A stretch of DNA of 64,000 bases from Candidatus Diapherotrites archaeon LH_S9 (GTDB lineage: Archaea > B1Sed10-29 > WALL01 > JAGXON01). Positions 1-9,391 of the stretch are shown one piece after another. The stretch's first letter is position 1. Each line of letters starts with the position of its first letter. Made by a program: the position numbers and the translations under genes. The notes under the pieces are model-generated. The model was given only the letters and a program-made list of their open reading frames with translations. It did no database searches and had not been told where the DNA came from. The stretch is taken from contig JAGXON010000001.1 in NCBI GenBank assembly GCA_023659865.1, positions 45,968-109,967 on the forward strand. Reading direction: 5' to 3'.

Positions 1-642
1 AAAATTCTTTCCCAGCACGACATTTACTTTCCTTACTCCCCGCAATCTGTTTTATGGGCTCACAACAAGTTCAGCACGATGGAGGTGCTGAAGAGACATA
101 AGTTGCCTGTTCCGCAGACTTACATGGCGGTGAACACTTCTATCGCTAGAGACATAATGAAGGAAGTTGGTTTCCCTTTAATCGTTAAACTGCCTCAGGG
201 AGCTGGAGGTAAGGGCGTGATGTACATCGAGTCAGAAGCGTCTGCAGCCTCGTTGTTTGACACTCTTCACACTCTTGAGCAGCCTTTGTTCATCGAAGAA
301 TTTATTGAAAATCCTGGAGAAGACTTAAGAGTGTTCGTGATTGGTAACGACGCTTATGGCTACAAGCGAGTTGCTAAAGACGGGGAGAAGCGAGCTAACC
401 TGCATTCTGGGGGGAAGGTGGAGAAGTACAGTCTTTCTGAAGAAGAAAAAGAACTTGGTTTCAAGGCTGCCGAGGCAACGAATTGCGATATAGCTGGAGT
501 GGACTTGCTTCATGATCCGGAAGGAGAATCTTATTTAATCGAGGTCAATATTTCTCCTGGATTGAACGGTATTACGAAAGCTACTGGCAAGAACATAGCT
601 AAAAAGATCGTTGACTTCACTTACGATAAAGTAAAGAAGTGA
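1..642 (+). CDS. RimK/LysX-family ATP-grasp alpha-L-glutamate ligase (5' end outside window)
   Basis: Frame open from base 1; motifs GFPLIVKLPQGAGGKGV, EEFIE, DLRVFVIG, RANLHSGG, AGVDLL, EVNISPG. Confidence 0.85.
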   Translation, partial: KILSQHDIYFPYSPQSVLWAHNKFSTMEVLKRHKLPVPQTYMAVNTSIARDIMKEVGFPLIVKLPQGAGGKGVMYIESEASAASLFDTLHTLEQPLFIEEFIENPGEDLRVFVIGNDAYGYKRVAKDGEKRANLHSGGKVEKYSLSEEEKELGFKAAEATNCDIAGVDLLHDPEGESYLIEVNISPGLNGITKATGKNIAKKIVDFTYDKVKK

Positions 643-1043
643 TTTGTATTAAGAAAACTATTGGGTTGACCGAGAAAGTCGTTGTAATCGGAGAAAAAGG
701 TTCGAAGGAAGTAGCTGCGATTTTCGATACCGGTGGAAAAACAACTTCTATAGACAAGAAAATTGCTGAAGAAGTCGGCTTAGGCAAAACTGTTGATACA
801 ACGGAAGTGAAGAACCCTTCTTACTCAGAGCCGATGGAGAGAGAAGTAAAGAAAGCAAAGATAAAGATAGGTGACGAAGTCTACGAAGTGAAAGCAAACA
901 TTCAGGACAGAAGCCATATGACTCACAAGGTTTTGATAGGTAGAAACATAATTCACGGTAACTACATTGTGGACGTTACTTTAAGTCACGAGAATCATAG
1001 CCGGGATTCCTTAAAGAAAAAAGAAGTCAGGAAATTACTCTGA
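639..1043 (+). CDS. Retropepsin-like aspartic protease, RimK-associated (RimB-like)
   Basis: FDTGG catalytic motif, C-terminal LIGRN; overlaps the rimK-like stop codon. Confidence 0.75.
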   Translation: MICIKKTIGLTEKVVVIGEKGSKEVAAIFDTGGKTTSIDKKIAEEVGLGKTVDTTEVKNPSYSEPMEREVKKAKIKIGDEVYEVKANIQDRSHMTHKVLIGRNIIHGNYIVDVTLSHENHSRDSLKKKEVRKLL

Positions 1044-2840
1044 AAGCTTTTTGTCCCAGAGCCAGAACACGAAGAATCCGAAGAAGAACATGAAGAAAAG
1101 TAGTGCACCTCTGTTCTCGCTCAAGACTTTTCCTGACATCGGGAAGTTGAGTGAATTGTCTGGCTTTATCGTGAACTCCGTTGAATTAATGTTTCCAGTT
1201 AAATCAGCTGCAAAACACTTTACAACCGTTTCTTCTCCTGAACCCTTTATTTCTGTGCTGCAATTCTTTTCTCCTTCACAGGCCTTGCTTCCGTCAACCT
1301 TCATCCAGACTTTGCTTGCTTTCTGTGACTTGCAGGACACTGTTGTTTTTTCTTCAGGTTTCAGTAACTCTGGTGTTTCTTCCAGTTTTGCTTCCGGGGC
1401 TTCTGTATCCACTATCAAGTCCAGTTTCCTTTCGATCATGTTGTCTGCTTTATCGTAGCATTTGATGCTTATTGAGTGGTTTCCGTCCTCCAAAGATTTT
1501 TCGAAGCTTTTGACGAACGGTTTTTCCAAAGAGAAGTTAGCGTGTTTTTTTGAGTTGATTCTGACGAAGCACTTGACTTTTTCTGAAAGAGCGTCAGGCG
1601 TGTTGAACTCTATTTTGACTGGGTCTTGAAAAACTCTTTTTCCTAGTGGAAAAGTGAACGATAGTTCGGGCGGAGTATTATCGAGAGTGAAAGAAAACTT
1701 TTGAGAAGAGTTAATGTTTCCTGGTTCGTCTTCTGCTTTAACAAAGAAAGAGTGTTCTCCTTCTCCCATTTCACGTGTTCTGAACATGTAGCTCCATTCA
1801 CCTGCTACTTTCGTGGGCTCAACCGTCTTATTGCCTGAAACTAATTTTATGGAGCTGATGTTCGTTGACTCGTCTTTCGCTGAAACCCTGACTTCGACTT
1901 CAGCTGCTGAGTACTCTTGATTCCCTTTAAGCACTTTGACTTCAGGTGGCGTGTTGTCAACGATTATTTTTCTGGACAAAGTTCTTTTGTTCCCTGCTCT
2001 GTCGAACGCACTTACTGCTATCGAGAGTTCTCCGTCCGTGAACTCAGTTGAATCCAGCTGCGTTGACCACTGGCCTCGGTTGTCTTTTGTAAGATTGGTT
2101 TCCGTGTCTCCTGCCGTTGAATAAACTTCTAAAATTCCTGAAAGTTCGTCTGAAGAAGTTGCTTTAATGTAAAAGTCTTCTTTAACAGGTTCGTTTGCTG
2201 AAGGTGAAAGTATGTCAACTGACGGGGCTGAGAAGTCTGTTGAAAAAGTTTTTTCAGCTGATTCTCCTTTGTTTCCAGCTTCGTCTTCGCATTCTACTTT
2301 CCAGGAGTGCTCGCCTTCCTGTAGCAAGAACTCGTTTTTTTCTTCTTCTCCGGAACTGGTGCTGATTGTTCTCTTTTCTTCTTTGTCAACGAAGAGTTTG
2401 CAGGAGAGTTCTTCCGATAGTTCGTCGGTGGCGTTGAACGAGAGAGCCACCGGGTCTTGAGAGATCCATTTTTTTTCAGGGGAAAGCAGATTGATTTCTG
2501 GTCCTGAGTTATCGGAATAAAAGTAAATTTCTTCGGTTTCCGAGTCTGCTTTGACTTCAAAATAGTATTTTCCGTTGGAAAGAAATTCAGTGTTTATCTT
2601 GGTAGAGAATTCGGTCGTGAGCGGGTTGTTCCACGTGGTGTTGGTGCTGTAAGTGGAGTTGAATACCTTAAATGTGACTTGAGATGGATTGGAGTCTGTT
2701 TCTGCTTTGAATTGCGTTTTGCCTGAAACGAATTGTTTCTTGTCTGGAAACGTTATCTGCAGTGCTGCTGCAGTGCTGAACATAAGGATGACAGAAATTG
2801 CGAAGATCGCTTGTTTTCTCATATTTAATTTAGGTTCCAA
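1035..2840 (-). CDS. Surface protein with tandem Ig-like repeats and C-terminal membrane anchor
   Basis: Signal peptide, repeated DxAGN and DNTPP motifs, C-terminal hydrophobic segment. Confidence 0.75.
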   Translation of the reverse strand: MEPKLNMRKQAIFAISVILMFSTAAALQITFPDKKQFVSGKTQFKAETDSNPSQVTFKVFNSTYSTNTTWNNPLTTEFSTKINTEFLSNGKYYFEVKADSETEEIYFYSDNSGPEINLLSPEKKWISQDPVALSFNATDELSEELSCKLFVDKEEKRTISTSSGEEEKNEFLLQEGEHSWKVECEDEAGNKGESAEKTFSTDFSAPSVDILSPSANEPVKEDFYIKATSSDELSGILEVYSTAGDTETNLTKDNRGQWSTQLDSTEFTDGELSIAVSAFDRAGNKRTLSRKIIVDNTPPEVKVLKGNQEYSAAEVEVRVSAKDESTNISSIKLVSGNKTVEPTKVAGEWSYMFRTREMGEGEHSFFVKAEDEPGNINSSQKFSFTLDNTPPELSFTFPLGKRVFQDPVKIEFNTPDALSEKVKCFVRINSKKHANFSLEKPFVKSFEKSLEDGNHSISIKCYDKADNMIERKLDLIVDTEAPEAKLEETPELLKPEEKTTVSCKSQKASKVWMKVDGSKACEGEKNCSTEIKGSGEETVVKCFAADLTGNINSTEFTIKPDNSLNFPMSGKVLSENRGALLFFMFFFGFFVFWLWDKKLSE

Positions 2841-2859
2841 CTGGTTTTTAATTTTACTG

Positions 2860-3525
2860 TTATTTCATGAAAGAAAGGTATTCTTTTATTTCTTCTGAGC
2901 TTATGCTGCATCCGGCGAACCTTACTCCGTAAAGAGCTGCTTCAAGAACTTTTTCTGGTTCCCCGTACCTGTCTAGAAGGCCTTGTTCGTAGGCGTAGGC
3001 AACTATTTCGCTGGATCGGATTACTGAAACGTTCTTGAATTCTTCCATTATTTTCTTGGCTTTGTCTTCGTCCATGTCTATCTGGAACTTGTGTTTTTCT
3101 TCCAGGTATTTTTGTAGCATGTTAAGATCTTCGATTAATAGTCTTGTTGTCCTTTCGTCAAGCATCACGGCGTGAGCGTCCATTTCCTTCAGTAGTGCGA
3201 CCATTTCTGCTTCTCCGCCGTGGACGATGCTTAAGTTCTTCCCTTTGTGGGAGAACAAGGAGTTTGCCATGTTGCTTAGTCTTCTTGCTTCTTTCTTTAC
3301 TTCTTCTTCTCCGACTACTTCGATCATTTCTTCAACGAACTTGGATAACCTAATTGCTTTTAGCTCGAATTTCTTGGTTTTGAGTGGTTTGTCGACGAGT
3401 TCTTCCTTGACTTTTGGAGGGATGAATATCTCTGGTTTTATTTCAGGAATCAGCCAGAGCAAGCAGCATTCGCTGAGGGAGATGAGTGGTCCTGTGTCCG
3501 AGATTATTTTTTTATTCATCTTCAT
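2860..3525 (-). CDS. PIN-domain protein (DUF3368-like)
   Basis: IISDTGPLISL, GEAE and LDER acidic PIN motifs. Confidence 0.7.
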   Translation of the reverse strand: MKMNKKIISDTGPLISLSECCLLWLIPEIKPEIFIPPKVKEELVDKPLKTKKFELKAIRLSKFVEEMIEVVGEEEVKKEARRLSNMANSLFSHKGKNLSIVHGGEAEMVALLKEMDAHAVMLDERTTRLLIEDLNMLQKYLEEKHKFQIDMDEDKAKKIMEEFKNVSVIRSSEIVAYAYEQGLLDRYGEPEKVLEAALYGVRFAGCSISSEEIKEYLSFMK

Positions 3526-4072
3526 CCTTCTCGAAAAGTTTTTTGGTTTCCCTGTATCTTTTTTCAGCTTTTTTTGACACGGAGTGCTTCATGTCCGGGA
3601 TGTTAGTGGTTCCGATGTACGAGTATAGCTTGAACAAATCTGCTCCTGTTAGTGAAGCTGCTTTGTCGAAAGATAATCCCATTGCGTAGGCTCTTGATGC
3701 CTGTTTTACTTTAATGTGGTCCACGATGTTTCTGGCGTAGTTGCCGTAGTTTTCGTCTATCTCGTATATGTCTCGAATTACGTCTTTTTTAAGAATGCCT
3801 TTCAGGTCTCTTTCTTCTTTAGACATTCTAACGCTTTCTTTCAGGTCTTTTCGAACGTCTTCCAGGAACTTTCCCCATTTCTCTGTTTCCTGAAAGTGGA
3901 TTTTGGACAAGAGCTTGTATAGAGCGTAAGCTATTATTGATATGTAAACCAGTTCTTTTTCTGAGGTCATTGAAGCTTTTTCTATTGCCTTGTTACTGAT
4001 GTCTTTTAGTCTAGTCATGTTTCTTTGTTCAAACGCGTTCTCCAGCTCTTTTATGAATTCTTTTGTTTCCAT
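3512..4072 (-). CDS. Hypothetical protein with C-terminal UPF0175-like HTH
   Basis: AYAMGLSFDKAASLTG resembles the UPF0175 HTH; overlaps the PIN gene. Confidence 0.5.
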   Translation of the reverse strand: METKEFIKELENAFEQRNMTRLKDISNKAIEKASMTSEKELVYISIIAYALYKLLSKIHFQETEKWGKFLEDVRKDLKESVRMSKEERDLKGILKKDVIRDIYEIDENYGNYARNIVDHIKVKQASRAYAMGLSFDKAASLTGADLFKLYSYIGTTNIPDMKHSVSKKAEKRYRETKKLFEKDEDE

Positions 4073-5095
4073 TCACGACCACTTGTTCAGCCTGGACTGT
4101 TTTCCAGTTAAGTCAACGTTCCTTTTAATTCTTTCAACTGCTTTCCTAACTCTTCCTTCAGAGAAATCGTGCTCTCCTGACAAGAATTCTACAGTGTTTT
4201 CTTCGTCGGCTTCTTCCCACGAGATATCGTAGTCTTCGGTCACGTCAGGGTTTTTGAAAAGCTCTCGAATGTGTTCAAGACCTTCTGCCTCCAAATCGTT
4301 TTCTTCGAAAACTTCTTCAGCTTTCTTTCCTTCCCTGACTTTCTTCAAAGCTGTTTTCGGACCCACCCCCTTTATTCCTTCGTGGTAATCAGTTCCAATC
4401 ATGAGCGCTATCTCTATGAGTTCTTCTTTCCTTATCCCGAGCTCTTCTTCAACTTCTTTTAACTTCAAGAGCTCTGGCTTGATAGTTTTGTAAGCATTTT
4501 TGCCAGGTATTTTTCTTCTTCCAGTGACAGTCATGTTCCGCACGAGTGCCGGTGCTCCGAAGAGCATGACGTCAAAATCCTGTGAACCAACAGCCCAAGC
4601 GTCTCCTGCTTCAGCTATTTCTGATGCTTGTGCTTCTCCTTCTGAAGGTGCTTGAACTGAAGGTATTCCTAGATGATCTAAAAGTTCTTTTGATTGCGCC
4701 ACCATCTTTTTAGAGAGCGAGGTTGCTTGCTGAGCGTGCTTCCTGGCCTCTTTTTCTTTTCCTTTCTCTAGGGCTTCTTCCCATTTCTCTCTGGCTTTCT
4801 TCCTGATTTTAACTCTTTTTTTTAGTTCTTCAGATTTTTTTTCAGGCGGTTCTCCATCGAAAACGAACACGGGTTTTATGCCGTTTTCTGTAAGTCTAGA
4901 GGTTCTGTAGAGCAAGCCGCTCAAGTGCGACGTGATTTCTCCTTCGGAGTTGGTTAAAGGAGATCCGTCTCTTTGCCTGATTATCGCTAGGAATTGATAA
5001 AGAGTGTTGTATGCGTCTATAGCGATTATTCTTCCGTTCAGTGCTTCTAGTTCTGTTTCTTTTGCAGGAAGAATGTCCCCTAAATCGACTCCCAT
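4073..5095 (-). CDS. fen: Flap endonuclease 1
   Basis: IAIDAYNTLYQFLAIIRQRDG, SEGEAQA, SQDFD, GTDY, C-terminal PIP-like QSRLNKW. Confidence 0.96.
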   Translation of the reverse strand: MGVDLGDILPAKETELEALNGRIIAIDAYNTLYQFLAIIRQRDGSPLTNSEGEITSHLSGLLYRTSRLTENGIKPVFVFDGEPPEKKSEELKKRVKIRKKAREKWEEALEKGKEKEARKHAQQATSLSKKMVAQSKELLDHLGIPSVQAPSEGEAQASEIAEAGDAWAVGSQDFDVMLFGAPALVRNMTVTGRRKIPGKNAYKTIKPELLKLKEVEEELGIRKEELIEIALMIGTDYHEGIKGVGPKTALKKVREGKKAEEVFEENDLEAEGLEHIRELFKNPDVTEDYDISWEEADEENTVEFLSGEHDFSEGRVRKAVERIKRNVDLTGKQSRLNKWS

Positions 5096-5136
5096 GAAAG
5101 AGTAATAGGTTCAGTTCAGTTAAAATAGTTGGGGGT

Positions 5137-5511
5137 TTAACCCGAGAGCGGTGTCCCATTTCCTTTTTCTCTTAGCATTAAGAACGCAATCACTAACCCG
5201 ATAGCTACCAGGAAACCTACTGAAACGAATCCGCCTCCTAGTACCATTAACCCTGTTACTGGTACTGAAGGAACTGATTCTGAGCTGAAAGACTGTGTTT
5301 CCTCTGTTCTCGCGGAGGTAATGCAGTCAGAGCAGTTTCCTAGTTCTTTTTCTCCAGCTGTGCATGCTCCGTCTTCATAGCACTGTACTTCTCCGGATAT
5401 TGAGCAGTCTGGACAAGACTTGGTTTCTTTTGAAAGATCACAAATATTGTCGTAGTTGCATGCTGCGAACGCTGTTGAAAGTATCACGAGCAAAGCTAGT
5501 AACTTTTTCAT
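5137..5511 (-). CDS. Small Cys-rich secreted/membrane-anchored protein
   Basis: Signal peptide, two C-x4-C...CxDC repeats, C-terminal TM helix. Confidence 0.6.
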   Translation of the reverse strand: MKKLLALLVILSTAFAACNYDNICDLSKETKSCPDCSISGEVQCYEDGACTAGEKELGNCSDCITSARTEETQSFSSESVPSVPVTGLMVLGGGFVSVGFLVAIGLVIAFLMLREKGNGTPLSG

Positions 5512-5571
5512 GTTACTATCTTTTGGGTAAATAATTTATTAAAGCCTTTCTTTTTGATTAGTGTGAGACTC

Positions 5572-6852
5572 ATGAACAAATTTGTAGACCTTGATTACGT
5601 GCCAAAAAAAGAGGATTTGATATGCGAGTTCAGCGTGGAACCTTCTGAAAACCTTTCAATGAAAGAAGCTTGCAACAGAATCGCTAAAGAATCATCTATA
5701 GGTACTTGGACGCACGTAGAGCACTTGAACAAAGAAAAAAGAGATAAATTAAGAGCAAGAGTTTACTCGATAGACGGGAACACCGCAAAAGTTGCTTACC
5801 CCCCTGAACTATTTGAAAAAACGAATGTTCCGGGAACACTTGCATCAATAGCTGGAAACATTTTTGGCATGAAAGCACTCAAGAACCTCAGGCTCGAAGA
5901 CGTTTACATCCCTGCATCAATAGACAACGCATTCGAAGGACCGAGATACGGGATTAAAGGAATCAGAGACACTTTCGGAATTGAAGAAAGACCGTTAATA
6001 GGAACAATAGTCAAGCCAAAAGTCGGTCTGAGCTCAGAACAGCACGCTAACATTGCCTTCGAGGCCTGGAAAGGGGGTTGCGATGTTGTGAAAGATGACG
6101 AGAACCTCGTGAACCAGGATTTCAACAAGTTCGAGGAAAGACTTGATCTAACTCTGGAGAAAAGAAAAAAAGCAGAGGAAGAAACCAGTGAAACAAAGGG
6201 CTACATGCCGAACGTGACCGCAGAAACCGAGGAAATGCTGAAGAGAGCGGAGCTCGTGAAAGAAAAAGGCGGCAGATACATGATGATCGACATAGTCACC
6301 GCTGGCTGGAGCGCGCTACAGACTTTAAGGAAACACGGTCCTGACCTACGGATTCACGCTCACAGAGCAATGCACGCTGCCTTGACAAAGAACAAGAAGC
6401 ACGGCATTTCAATGCTCACGATCGCGAAGTTCGCCAGACTCATTGGCGTTGACCAACTACATATTGGAACAGCTGTCGGCAAGATGGAGGGAGAGCCAAC
6501 CGATATCTGGGAAATAGAGCAAGAAGTAGAGAACAAAATAGTTAGAAAGCATGAGGACGATCACGTTCTTGCAGAAGACTGGAGAGACATAAAACCAGTT
6601 TTTGCTGTCAGTTCAGGAGGACTTCACCCTGGACTCGTTCAGCCTTTAATGCAGCTACTGGGAAAAAACATCATTATTCAGGCTGGAGGAGGAATCCACG
6701 GCCATCCAGACGGAACTCGTGCTGGAGCAAGAGCTATGAGGCAAGCTATTGATGCTAGGATGAAAGGAATTGATGTAGAGGAATACGCTGAAGACAGCGA
6801 GGAACTGAAGAAAGCTCTTGACTTATGGGGCGCAGGAAAGACTTACAAGTGA
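5572..6852 (+). CDS. rbcL: Form III ribulose-1,5-bisphosphate carboxylase
   Basis: ESSIGTWT, GTIVKPKVGL, KDDE carbamylation motif, HAHRAMHAA, SGGLH, GGGIHGHP; ATG at 5572 preferred. Confidence 0.93.
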   Translation: MNKFVDLDYVPKKEDLICEFSVEPSENLSMKEACNRIAKESSIGTWTHVEHLNKEKRDKLRARVYSIDGNTAKVAYPPELFEKTNVPGTLASIAGNIFGMKALKNLRLEDVYIPASIDNAFEGPRYGIKGIRDTFGIEERPLIGTIVKPKVGLSSEQHANIAFEAWKGGCDVVKDDENLVNQDFNKFEERLDLTLEKRKKAEEETSETKGYMPNVTAETEEMLKRAELVKEKGGRYMMIDIVTAGWSALQTLRKHGPDLRIHAHRAMHAALTKNKKHGISMLTIAKFARLIGVDQLHIGTAVGKMEGEPTDIWEIEQEVENKIVRKHEDDHVLAEDWRDIKPVFAVSSGGLHPGLVQPLMQLLGKNIIIQAGGGIHGHPDGTRAGARAMRQAIDARMKGIDVEEYAEDSEELKKALDLWGAGKTYK

Positions 6853-6857
6853 TTAAA

Positions 6858-7307
6858 ATGGATTTTGAGAGAGATTGGAAATCAGATTTGAAGGATCGAT
6901 TGCAGGATAACAAGAAAAGAATAGTTGTAGTACTGATAATGATTTTGATGATCGTGTTCCTAGGGTTTTCCGCGAGGACCGCGACCACTACAAAGCCTCT
7001 GGAGCTTAGTTTCCGTAAAAATGATTTGAGTTCAGGAAAAGGAACCACTCTGGAAGTAAGAGTGAACAACATTTACGATGAGGACCTGGATGAGATAACT
7101 GTTTCAGTAAAGCCTGAGAGCAAGGCACTCACTTTTGGTGAAGAAGAAGTAGAGGAAAGTAATGTTGGAGCTGGATCTTACCGAAAGTTTTTTCTCCCGT
7201 TCACTGTTTCTCAGAACGCTACTGCTGGAAGATACAAAGTCAGTGCCACTGCTGAATTAGGTTCTCATGACGTTAGTTCAGTTGCTTACTTGGTTGTAGA
7301 AGACTGA
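6858..7307 (+). CDS. Membrane-anchored CARDB/Ig-like domain protein
   Basis: N-terminal TM followed by beta-rich domain with AGRYKV. Confidence 0.55.
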   Translation: MDFERDWKSDLKDRLQDNKKRIVVVLIMILMIVFLGFSARTATTTKPLELSFRKNDLSSGKGTTLEVRVNNIYDEDLDEITVSVKPESKALTFGEEEVEESNVGAGSYRKFFLPFTVSQNATAGRYKVSATAELGSHDVSSVAYLVVED

Positions 7308-7309
7308 TT

Positions 7310-7744
7310 CTAGTCTATGTCGACTTGAACGCCTTCGTCTTCAGTTTCTTCCCGTTCTTTTTTTGGTATCGTGATCTCTAGTACTCCGTTGTTGAACTTG
7401 CTTTCTGCTTTTTCTGAGAATACTTTTGCGGGAAGAGACACGGATCTTTTGAAAACGCTTTTTGATCTTTCTTTGTATTGGTAGTTCTCTTCCTGTTCTT
7501 CTGTAGCTTCTTCTGAACCTGCTTCAATCACTAAAGTGTCTTCAGTGCACCTGACATCGACGTCTTCTTTTTTGACTCCAGGTACTTCTGCGATCACTAT
7601 TACTTTGTCTTTTTTTTCCACGATGTCGATCGGAGGAGTTCTGAAACCGATTTCCGCGCGAGATCTTTTACCTAAAGCGTCTTTGAACATCGAATTCATT
7701 CTTTTCTGCATTCTTTCCATTTTCTCGAAAGGATCCCATACCAT
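7310..7744 (-). CDS. Small heat-shock protein Hsp20
   Basis: AEVPGVKKEDVDV, FKRSVSLP, NNGVLEITIPK. Confidence 0.93.
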   Translation of the reverse strand: MVWDPFEKMERMQKRMNSMFKDALGKRSRAEIGFRTPPIDIVEKKDKVIVIAEVPGVKKEDVDVRCTEDTLVIEAGSEEATEEQEENYQYKERSKSVFKRSVSLPAKVFSEKAESKFNNGVLEITIPKKEREETEDEGVQVDID

Positions 7745-7791
7745 GTTATCACCTATAGAAAATAGTTGGTCAAAAAACTATAAAAATCTTT

Positions 7792-8103
7792 CTAGTCCCG
7801 GTTAGCTTTCTTAATCCATCTTCGGGCCTTGGCAAAACTTAGGTTTATCACGATTTCTAAGTCGTTCTCATCGTTAAGCAGGATTTCTTGAACTATTCCG
7901 CCCCGGTTCAAGAGAACTGGTTCTTCTAACTCCTGGTTTGATCTCATTCCTAGTGCTCTTTTCGTCATTTCTCTTAAAACTATTCCAGCACAATCGTCGC
8001 AAATCACGTACTCGTTCTCTAGCTCTTTCTGAGCGTTCTTTTCCTTAAGCTTCCATTGATAAGTGGGTTCTTTCTCAGATTTGCATAAACCGCAGTAAAC
8101 CAT
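7792..8103 (-). CDS. Hypothetical protein with two CxxC motifs
   Basis: CGLC and CDDC. Confidence 0.5.
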   Translation of the reverse strand: MVYCGLCKSEKEPTYQWKLKEKNAQKELENEYVICDDCAGIVLREMTKRALGMRSNQELEEPVLLNRGGIVQEILLNDENDLEIVINLSFAKARRWIKKANRD

Positions 8104-8145
8104 TTGGTTTCATTAACTCACTTGATGTATAAAAAGTTACTTGAC

Positions 8146-9357
8146 TTAAGTTTCTTCAGTCTTTATGTAAGTTATCCTCACTCTGAATTCGCGGTTAGTA
8201 GCGTCTAAGATATCTCGCTGGATTTTTTGCTTGAATCCTGAAGGAGGACTCTGAGTTGAGAGCACTTCAAGAGTCACTTCAGCTTCATCAAAGTCTACGT
8301 TGAATTCTTTTAAAGAACCATTGATAAGGGCAACGTTTTCGTTAACTTCACTGCGTATATTGTTCTTCAGTTGTGATTTCTGGAAAGAAATGTACGAGGT
8401 GTAAGCGAAAGGTACTGAGAAAAGAATTAAAAGCAATGTAGCTACTTTTATGTGGGTGGAGAAAAGTTTTTCCGTAACTTTCACAAGTCCGGACAAGTAA
8501 AATACTAGTCCTCCCCCAATATCTATTGCCAGGCAGTTCACAACAATCACGAGAGCAGTTGAACCAATCAAGTCAACTCCAGTCCTACCGACCATAAAAG
8601 AAAATATGTTTATTCCAAGCGCAGCTATAGGAGGTACTAATGCAGCAGCTATTGCTACTCCTGCAAGCTTCTCGCTTATTTCCGAGATCATGGAAACTCC
8701 AGCTATGAATCCTGCAACTAGAGCAATGGCAACGGTAAGTATGTCCAGTTGAGAAATGCTCATTATCAATGGATTAAGCTGGGGCCAAGGAATAATCAAA
8801 TTGACTAGAAAAGCTGATATTGCGCCAAGGAAGACCGCTACTCCTACTGCTGCTACTCCCCTCAGAAAAAGAATCAGGTCCCCAGCGATAGTTCCGATAG
8901 AAACTGTCATTATCGGTCTTAGTATCGGGAAGATGACCATGGCTCCGATGATGACTACTACGTTTCCTTGAAGTAAGCCAAGAGTTGCTAGTGCAGCTGT
9001 GAGCACGCAGAGTGCCATGTAAGTTAGGGTTATTGATGTTGATTGGTATGCTTCTGCTTTCAGTTCCTCGAAAGGTACTTTTTCGGATTCTTCTCCAGTT
9101 TCCTCTATCCCCGTGAAAGGCTTTTCAGCATTCCAGATCCTTGTGTCGGTTGTTATTCCTTCTTCTTTACTGTAGTTCCCTATTTTCTCGATTATTTCGT
9201 CTACTTTTTCTTTTTCTACTGTTATAGTTACCACGTCTTTATCGCCTTCTGGACTTCCAGCTTTCAGGACCATGGAGTCTTCTGCTCCTTCCCTGTTAGC
9301 TATTTCAGCGATTGCTTTGCCTTCTCCAGATGCCGTGGAAACTTCGATTTTTCTCAT
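8146..9357 (-). CDS. TIGR00341/DUF389 hydrophobic membrane protein
   Basis: VVVIIGAMVIFP and GVAIAAALVPP signatures, multiple TM helices. Confidence 0.85.
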   Translation of the reverse strand: MRKIEVSTASGEGKAIAEIANREGAEDSMVLKAGSPEGDKDVVTITVEKEKVDEIIEKIGNYSKEEGITTDTRIWNAEKPFTGIEETGEESEKVPFEELKAEAYQSTSITLTYMALCVLTAALATLGLLQGNVVVIIGAMVIFPILRPIMTVSIGTIAGDLILFLRGVAAVGVAVFLGAISAFLVNLIIPWPQLNPLIMSISQLDILTVAIALVAGFIAGVSMISEISEKLAGVAIAAALVPPIAALGINIFSFMVGRTGVDLIGSTALVIVVNCLAIDIGGGLVFYLSGLVKVTEKLFSTHIKVATLLLILFSVPFAYTSYISFQKSQLKNNIRSEVNENVALINGSLKEFNVDFDEAEVTLEVLSTQSPPSGFKQKIQRDILDATNREFRVRITYIKTEET

Positions 9358-9391
9358 TAATTAAGTAGAAATAGAGTTTGCTTAAAAAAGT

